Source: Bacteroidales bacterium (GTDB lineage Bacteria > Bacteroidota > Bacteroidia > Bacteroidales > PXBB01). From it: a stretch of DNA of 64,000 bases. The DNA is taken from the NCBI GenBank assembly GCA_028698995.1, contig JAQVVM010000011.1, forward strand, positions 19,243 to 83,242, written 5' to 3'. Positions 57,701 through 64,000 of the stretch are shown here, one piece after another (position 1 is the first letter of the stretch; every line of letters starts with the position of its first letter). The translations under genes were made by a program, and so were the position numbers. The notes below the pieces were generated by a model that did no database searches, was not told the DNA's origin, and saw only the letters and a program-made list of their open reading frames with translations.

Positions 57701-60463
57701 ATGGAATACAACTTTAAAGAGATAGAGAAAAAATGGCAAAGGTTCTGGGAAGTACAAAAAATTTACAAAACAGATATTGACACAGAAAAGCCAAAGTTTT
57801 ACGTGTTGGATATGTTCCCATACCCATCTGGCGCCGGATTACATGTTGGTCATCCCTTGGGATATATTGCATCAGATATTTATTCCCGTTACATGCGTCT
57901 TAAAGGTTATAATGTACTACACCCTATGGGGTTTGATGCCTATGGCTTACCTGCCGAGCAATACGCCATTGAAACGGGGCAACATCCAGCCGTTACAACT
58001 GAAAAAAATATTAAAACCTATAAAGAACAACTCAATAAATTAGGCTTTTCATATGATTGGGACAGAGAAGTTCAAACCTGTGATCCAAAATACTACAAAT
58101 GGACACAGTGGGCTTTTATTAAAATGTTCGGTTCATGGTACAATAAAAAATCTGATAAGGCAGAGCCTATTGAGAACCTTATTAAAATTTTCGAAAAAGA
58201 AGGCAATCTTAATATAGAAGCAGCATGCACACAAACATCAATTTTTACTGCAGCACAATGGCTCAACATGAATGAGGCAGAAAAGAACCTCCTCCTTATG
58301 AATTACCGTATTGCTTATCTTGCTGATACCATGGTTAATTGGTGCCCTAAACTAGGAACTGTATTAGCCAATGATGAGGTTAAAGAAGGGCTTTCAGCTC
58401 GAGGAGGTCATCCTGTAGAGAAAAAACTCATGAAACAATGGATGTTGAGAATCACAGCTTATGCTCAACGATTATTAGATCCTTTGGATAACTTAGACTG
58501 GCCCGATGCCTTGAAAGATATGCAGAAGTATTGGATTGGACGTTCCCAGGGATGTTTGATTGATTTTAAAATTCATAATTCTGAGCTTATTCTAAAAGCT
58601 TTCACAACACGTCCTGATACAATTTTCGGGGCCACATTTATGGTTGTTGCTCCCGAACACGAACTTATCCAAAACATTGTTACTGACGATCAAAAACAAA
58701 AGGTTTTAGATTATATTCATAAAACCAAAAATAAAAGCGAAAGAGAACGCCTTGCTGATGTGAAAAATATCAGTGGTGTTTTTACAGGATTTTATGTAGT
58801 ACATCCTTTTTCTGGAAAATTAGTACCAATCTGGGTATCTGATTATGTCTTAGCGGGTTATGGGACTGGTGCTATTATGGCTGTTCCTGCTCATGATTCA
58901 AGAGACTATGCCTTTGCGAAACATTTTAATATCCCCATTATTGAAGTTGTTTCGGGCGGAAATATTGCTGAAGAATCTTATGATGCCAAGGAGGGTACTC
59001 TGATTAATTCAGATTTTATTAATGGTATGCAGGTTAAAGAAGCCATGAATGAAGTTATTGACAGAGTTGAAAAAAATAAAATTGGTGAAAAACAAATCAA
59101 TTTTCGATTACGTGATGCAATTTTCAGCCGCCAACGCTTTTGGGGAGAACCTTTCCCTGTTTATTATAAAAATGGTGTTCCTCATGTCCTAAACGTAAAC
59201 GAACTCCCCTTAGAACTTCCGGAAGTAGATGCTTTCCTTCCTACTGAATCCGGTGAGCCCCCGCTTGCAAGAGCCAAAAATTGGAAAACAAAAGAGGGTC
59301 ATCCGTATGAATGTAATACCATGCCGGGATTTGCAGGTTCCAGCGCTTATTATCTTAGGTATATGGATCCAAAGAACGATTCAGCTTTGGTAAGCAAAGA
59401 GGCTAATAACTACTGGCGTAGTGTCGATCTATATATCGGAGGTGCTGAACATGCAACTGGACACCTTATCTATTCAAGATTCTGGAATAAATTTTTGTTC
59501 GACTTAGGCTTTGTTTGTGAGCAGGAGCCTTTTAAAAAACTTATCAATCAAGGCATGATTCAAGGTCGATCAAATATTGTTTACCGTATTAAAGGACAAA
59601 ATACTTTTGTTTCCTATAACCTGAAAAATGATTACGAAACAACTCCATTGCATGTTGATGTTAATATTGTAGATAATGACTCCCTTGATATCAATGCTTT
59701 CAAAAATTGGCGTGAAGAGTATGCTGATGCAAATTTTATTTTGGAAAATGATAGATACATTTGTGGCTACGAAGTAGAAAAAATGTCTAAATCTTTTTAC
59801 AACGTTGTCAATCCTGATGTGCTTGTACAAAAATATGGTGCCGATACCCTTAGGCTTTATGAAATGTTTCTCGGACCTCTCGAACAATCAAAACCGTGGG
59901 ATACAAATGGCATAGAAGGGGTTTTCAGATTTATAAAAAAATTGTGGAGATTGTATCATGACAATAATAATATACCCAATATCTCCTTGGAAGCTCCTGT
60001 TGAAAATGAATTGAAGATTTTACATAAAACAATTAAAAAAGTTAGAGAAGACATTGAACGATTTTCTTTTAACACCGTTGTGAGTACTTTAATGATTTGT
60101 GTAAACGAACTTATGGATGCTAAATGCAACAAAAAAGCAATTTTGGAACCTTTGACAATTCTCATGTCTCCTTATATTCCTCATATTTCAGAAGAACTTT
60201 GGAGTCTGCTTGGTAATAATTATTCTGTTACATCCGCCACTATTCCAGATTTTAATGAAAGCTTTCTTGTTGAATCTTCTTTCTCATACCCTGTGTCATT
60301 TAATGGAAAAACACGTTTCAAGATTGATTTACCTGCCGACGCAACCATTCAACAAGTTGAAAAAGCTATTATGGTTTATTCTGAAACTACTAAATGGTTG
60401 GATGGGAAAATACCTAAAAAAATTATTATTGTACCTAATAGAATTATTAATATTGTCCTTTAA
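57701..60463 (+). CDS. leuS: Leucine--tRNA ligase
   Basis: HIGH-type motif ([16 protein letters not shown]), CP1 editing domain, and KMSKS ([10 protein letters not shown]). Confidence 0.97.
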   Translation: MEYNFKEIEKKWQRFWEVQKIYKTDIDTEKPKFYVLDMFPYPSGAGLHVGHPLGYIASDIYSRYMRLKGYNVLHPMGFDAYGLPAEQYAIETGQHPAVTTEKNIKTYKEQLNKLGFSYDWDREVQTCDPKYYKWTQWAFIKMFGSWYNKKSDKAEPIENLIKIFEKEGNLNIEAACTQTSIFTAAQWLNMNEAEKNLLLMNYRIAYLADTMVNWCPKLGTVLANDEVKEGLSARGGHPVEKKLMKQWMLRITAYAQRLLDPLDNLDWPDALKDMQKYWIGRSQGCLIDFKIHNSELILKAFTTRPDTIFGATFMVVAPEHELIQNIVTDDQKQKVLDYIHKTKNKSERERLADVKNISGVFTGFYVVHPFSGKLVPIWVSDYVLAGYGTGAIMAVPAHDSRDYAFAKHFNIPIIEVVSGGNIAEESYDAKEGTLINSDFINGMQVKEAMNEVIDRVEKNKIGEKQINFRLRDAIFSRQRFWGEPFPVYYKNGVPHVLNVNELPLELPEVDAFLPTESGEPPLARAKNWKTKEGHPYECNTMPGFAGSSAYYLRYMDPKNDSALVSKEANNYWRSVDLYIGGAEHATGHLIYSRFWNKFLFDLGFVCEQEPFKKLINQGMIQGRSNIVYRIKGQNTFVSYNLKNDYETTPLHVDVNIVDNDSLDINAFKNWREEYADANFILENDRYICGYEVEKMSKSFYNVVNPDVLVQKYGADTLRLYEMFLGPLEQSKPWDTNGIEGVFRFIKKLWRLYHDNNNIPNISLEAPVENELKILHKTIKKVREDIERFSFNTVVSTLMICVNELMDAKCNKKAILEPLTILMSPYIPHISEELWSLLGNNYSVTSATIPDFNESFLVESSFSYPVSFNGKTRFKIDLPADATIQQVEKAIMVYSETTKWLDGKIPKKIIIVPNRIINIVL

Positions 60464-60512
60464 ATTTGGAATACAATTTGAATTGTCTTGCTCTACAATT
60501 AAACTTAAAACC

Positions 60513-61307
60513 ATGAAAAGAATTCTTATATCGGTTGCCATGTTGATAATCTTATCTGGCAATGTCCATTCTCAGGAATTGAGAGTTTGGAAAAATGAAG
60601 CTTTTGGAAAAGGAGAGAAAATTACTTATAGAGCATATTATGACTCATTCCTTACAGGAAATGTTAATGCAGGGGAAGCATCCCTTGAAATTCAAAGGGA
60701 AAGCAAAGTTGTTGCCGGCCGAAATACTATGCATGTGGTTGGGTTGGGTAAAACAAAAGGATTGTTTAATCTGTTCTTTAAAGTTGTAAACCGTTATGAG
60801 ACTTTTATTGATGAGCGCGCCATTGTTCCACTTCTTTTTATTCGAAGAACAGATGAAGGTGGTTATAAAATCAGTCAGGATGTAACATTTAATCAGTACA
60901 CTCATAAAGCTATTAGTAATACAGCTACTGTAAATGTTGTCGAAAATGTTCAAGATATTATCTCTGCATTTTATTATGCCCGAACCATGGATGCATCTCA
61001 TCTAAGTGTTGGAGATGAAATCCCTATTAACTTCTTCCTCGATGACTCCGTTTATGTTACTAAGATAATATATGAAGGTGTTGAAAATGTTAATATCAGA
61101 TTGGGTACCTTCCGATGCCTCAGGTTCAAACCAATGGTTCTTACAGGTACAGTATTCAAACAACCCTATCCCATGACTTTGTGGATTTCAGATGATAAAA
61201 ATAAAATACCTGTGCTTGCCCAATCTGGTATTCTGGTAGGCTCAGTTAAATTAGAACTAATGAAATATTCTGGTCTAAGAAATCCCCTTACTTCAAAAAT
61301 CAGATAA
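60513..61307 (+). CDS. DUF3108-domain protein
   Basis: Signal peptide MKRILISVAMLIILSGNVHSQ, then FGKGEKITYRAYY...AGEASLEI...FFKVVNRYETFIDE. The upstream extension of the track ORF (60210..60512) overlaps leuS and is not credible. Confidence 0.75.
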   Translation: MKRILISVAMLIILSGNVHSQELRVWKNEAFGKGEKITYRAYYDSFLTGNVNAGEASLEIQRESKVVAGRNTMHVVGLGKTKGLFNLFFKVVNRYETFIDERAIVPLLFIRRTDEGGYKISQDVTFNQYTHKAISNTATVNVVENVQDIISAFYYARTMDASHLSVGDEIPINFFLDDSVYVTKIIYEGVENVNIRLGTFRCLRFKPMVLTGTVFKQPYPMTLWISDDKNKIPVLAQSGILVGSVKLELMKYSGLRNPLTSKIR

Positions 61308-61320
61308 TTTTTTCTCAAGA

Positions 61321-62562
61321 TTGAAAACTGTATCTCAAATTGAAATTATGTCTCCTGTTGGCTCTTATGAGTCATTGATGGCTGCAATTCAGGGTGGCGC
61401 TGATGCCGTGTATTTTGGAGTGGGTAAATTGAATATGCGTTCTCGGTCTTCGCAGAATTTTACGTTGGAAGATTTAAAAACAATTTCTGATATTTGTAAA
61501 AATCATAAGATTAAGTCATATATTACTCTAAATACCGTTGTGTATGACGAAGAAATTTCCGAAGTCAGATCTGTTATTGACGCTGCAAAGGAATGTGGTA
61601 TTGATGCCATAATTGCTTCGGACAGGGCCGTCATTAATTATGCAATCTCTCAAAATGTTCCTGTTCATGCTTCTACACAATGCAATATTTCCAATATTGA
61701 AGCCGTAAAATATTATGCTGGTTTTTGTGATGTCATTGTATTGGCAAGAGAATTGAGTTTAAGGCAGATTGAGGAAGTCTGTCAAACTATAAATACTGAA
61801 CATATTAAAGGCAAATCAGGAAAATTACTACGCATTGAAGTATTTGCACATGGAGCATTATGTATGTCTGTCTCAGGGAAATGTTATCTGAGCCTCGACA
61901 ACCTGAATCATTCAGCAAACAGGGGTGCTTGTCTGCAACAGTGCCGACGTGCATATAAGGTAACTGATTTGGAAGATGAACATGAGCTTCTCATTGATGG
62001 TCCATATATCATGTCCCCAAAAGATTTATGCACAATTGGATTCCTTGATAAATTGATAAATGCAGGTGTTTCTGTCCTTAAAATTGAAGGTAGGGGACGC
62101 TCTCCTGAATATGTTAAAACTGTTACTAAATGTTATAAAGAAGCTTCAGATGCCGTGTTAAAGGGGAATTATTCAAAAGACAGTATTGATGCGTGGCAAA
62201 TTGCTTTAAGCAATGTCTATAACAGGGGATTTTGGGGTGGCTATTATTTGGGCAAAAAAATCGGGGAGTGGACTGATAAATACGGTTCTCAAGCCACAAC
62301 AAAAAAGGAATACATTGGAAAGGTAAATAACTATTTTTCTAAACTTAAAGTAGCTGAAATTAAGGTTGAAAGCAGCCACATTAATGTTGGGGATGAGTTG
62401 TTATTTATCGGCCCAACAACTGGGGTTGTTGAAAATATAGTGTCAGAAATAAGGGTTAATTTATCTCCCGTTCAAATTGCTGAAAAAGGACAAACTTGTT
62501 CCATCCCTGTTAGTCTGGTAAGAAGAGGTGATGCAGTTTATAAAGTAATTACACTCAAGTAA
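61321..62562 (+). CDS. Peptidase U32-family protein
   Basis: IEIMSPVGSYESLMAAIQGGADAVYFG... and E.FAHGALCMSVSGKCYLS motifs. The start is either TTG 61321 or ATG 61348; family N-termini favour the upstream start. Confidence 0.85.
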   Translation: MKTVSQIEIMSPVGSYESLMAAIQGGADAVYFGVGKLNMRSRSSQNFTLEDLKTISDICKNHKIKSYITLNTVVYDEEISEVRSVIDAAKECGIDAIIASDRAVINYAISQNVPVHASTQCNISNIEAVKYYAGFCDVIVLARELSLRQIEEVCQTINTEHIKGKSGKLLRIEVFAHGALCMSVSGKCYLSLDNLNHSANRGACLQQCRRAYKVTDLEDEHELLIDGPYIMSPKDLCTIGFLDKLINAGVSVLKIEGRGRSPEYVKTVTKCYKEASDAVLKGNYSKDSIDAWQIALSNVYNRGFWGGYYLGKKIGEWTDKYGSQATTKKEYIGKVNNYFSKLKVAEIKVESSHINVGDELLFIGPTTGVVENIVSEIRVNLSPVQIAEKGQTCSIPVSLVRRGDAVYKVITLK

Positions 62563-62565
62563 TTA

Positions 62566-63069
62566 CTATTCTAACACAAAACTATATTTAGCAGCAAACT
62601 TTTCCTGTGCTAAAGCAAATTTATTAAATTCTTCATCGATGCTGTTGTCAATATTTAATAGCTTTTGGTCAAGTTCGGAGTTTAGATCAGCACTTTCAGA
62701 ATTTGCAAAATAAAATGGCATAAAGTTTATAAGTTCTACGATTTCATCTTTTGCAATTCTTTCATAAAGATTAAAAATGTTGATGGTAGCATCGTAAAAA
62801 TCAGAGTAACCATTAAAAGCACCTAAGTTTTCAACATTTTTTTTTGATTCATTTATTTGTCCAATGAAAATGTTATAATCAGAATCTATTTTGGCAGTAT
62901 CATTATTCAAAATCGAATTTAATAAATCTTTCTCTTTTAGTGATATTGCTGAGTAGGCTTCTACTATAACTTCATTATAAGTAATAGCCTTTTCAATGGA
63001 GTCTGAACATGAACTCAGAATAGATAATAAAATAATTATTATTAAAGAAAGTTTTGAAACATTATTCAT
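62566..63069 (-). CDS. Hypothetical helical lipoprotein
   Basis: Lipobox LSILSSC. No family recognised. The ATG directly follows the stop of the upstream metallopeptidase gene. Confidence 0.6.
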   Translation of the reverse strand: MNNVSKLSLIIIILLSILSSCSDSIEKAITYNEVIVEAYSAISLKEKDLLNSILNNDTAKIDSDYNIFIGQINESKKNVENLGAFNGYSDFYDATINIFNLYERIAKDEIVELINFMPFYFANSESADLNSELDQKLLNIDNSIDEEFNKFALAQEKFAAKYSFVLE

Positions 63070-64000
63070 CTACCTATTATTTAAATTGTTTAATGCTTCA
63101 TCAACAGCCTTTAGCATTGGTTGATTGGATAATTCTGCATGTACAGCTTCCAGCATCCATGCTTGTGGGACAATGCTTCCTGTAACTAACATCCTTTGCA
63201 TTTCAGTAGCAAAATTAGCATTGTTATTTTTGATATATTCTTCAATTTGGAATTGGATGAGATGTCCCAATGGATAGGCAGAAAGGTAAAGGGGATATGC
63301 AATCATGTGCGAATAGATACCGAGAATTGGCGAATCACTAACGCCAAATACGGGAGCATAGTATTTATTCCATATTTCTTTTGAAATGATGACAACTTGA
63401 TTCTTAAGCTGTTCAGGTGTAGCTTCCGGGTTCTCGTAGAGCCATTTCCAAACACTCATATCAACAAGTGATACACCCATGATTTCATAAAGGCCCCAAA
63501 AGATGTCAAGATTTTGATAATATTTCTCATCAGGATTGGTATTTCGTATGCCCATTAATTCTAAATCCCTAGTTTGGAACATGAAGGCCATAGCTTCTGT
63601 ATATGCAGTATTGGGAACACCTTTTAACATGTAATAATCAACATCATGTAATGTTATTGTTTGTTCAACATTGTGTCCTAATTCATGCATGGCTATATTA
63701 TACCCTTTATAATCCATACCAGCCGCTGCCATACGTGTACGCAAGTGTGCTTTTTCGCTTTTCATTTCAGCGCCCCATGCATGGCCTGCTCCTCTGGCCC
63801 CTTCTACAACTATTTTAGATGCAATTTCATTTGCTTTTTCATTTGTGAAACCAAGTTTTACCAAAAGACTTGAAATGTCTCTTTCATAAGCCTGAACATT
63901 GGGGTATTTTGCTTGAAGTTTTCTGGTAAGATCATCTTCATTAATTGAGCTTCTCATTTTAAAACCATCGTACCAGATATCAAATGGCTGTAATGGACGA
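63070..64000 (-). CDS. Zinc metallopeptidase (HExxH), C-terminal part; the 5' end probably lies beyond the window end
   Basis: AMHELGHNVEQT zinc-binding motif. The reading frame stays open upstream of the track's Met (RPLQPFDIWYDGFK-MRSS...) to position 64000. Family not resolved by eye. Confidence 0.7.
   Translation of the reverse strand, partial: RPLQPFDIWYDGFKMRSSINEDDLTRKLQAKYPNVQAYERDISSLLVKLGFTNEKANEIASKIVVEGARGAGHAWGAEMKSEKAHLRTRMAAAGMDYKGYNIAMHELGHNVEQTITLHDVDYYMLKGVPNTAYTEAMAFMFQTRDLELMGIRNTNPDEKYYQNLDIFWGLYEIMGVSLVDMSVWKWLYENPEATPEQLKNQVVIISKEIWNKYYAPVFGVSDSPILGIYSHMIAYPLYLSAYPLGHLIQFQIEEYIKNNNANFATEMQRMLVTGSIVPQAWMLEAVHAELSNQPMLKAVDEALNNLNNR

Noticed and set aside
60210-60512. 5' extension of the DUF3108 ORF (the track gives 365 aa from 60210)
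   Set aside because: The extension overlaps the last 250 nt of leuS in another frame. A canonical signal peptide starts at the in-frame ATG at 60513.
1-64000. Search for tRNA, rRNA, riboswitch-like leaders, integrase/transposase genes and flanking direct repeats around the 46.9-49.7 kb islet
   Set aside because: I saw no T-loop/GTTCGAATC-type motifs, rRNA-like segments, recombinase-like ORFs or convincing direct repeats by eye. Absence cannot be proven without tRNAscan/Infernal runs.

Overview
This is an AT-rich chromosomal segment (GC judged by eye in the mid-30s percent), almost certainly from a member of the Bacteroidota. Supporting evidence: type IX secretion (T9SS) C-terminal sorting domains of both type A and type B, a GldH-like gliding lipoprotein, the ftsX-DUF3098-uppP-truB gene order, and TTTG-N19-TAnnTTTG promoters. 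About 30 kb, roughly half the window, encodes four giant repeat-rich surface proteins. Two are tandem paralogs, the complete copy carrying a type B CTD (1..3906 partial, 4214..9817). One is a 3397-aa protein with 18 copies of an 89-aa two-cysteine repeat (10072..20265). One is a 3522-aa CARDB / beta-helix / MAM-like / lamin-tail mosaic (25519..36087). A T9SS-tagged subtilase and gldH lie between the giant genes. The rest is mostly housekeeping: uvrC, relA/spoT, lnt, ispD, queA, truB, uppP, ftsX, leuS, a U32 peptidase. Four units are not explained by ordinary annotation. (i) A self-contained three-gene operon of secreted LPP20-like / CsgG-FlgO-like / DUF4476 proteins (43.2-46.9 kb). (ii) A GT4 + TMTC-like GT-C/TPR + poly-Asn lipoprotein operon next to the adhesins (38.6-43.0 kb). 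(iii) A small, very AT-rich islet with an orphan RES-domain protein and a RhuM-family protein flanked by non-coding debris (46.9-49.7 kb). (iv) Concerted-evolution tandem repeats inside the giant genes. I recognised no rRNA, tRNA, CRISPR array, transposase or integrase. All family assignments come from motif and pattern recognition by eye on the supplied translations; no searches or computations were run, so family names are hypotheses to confirm.
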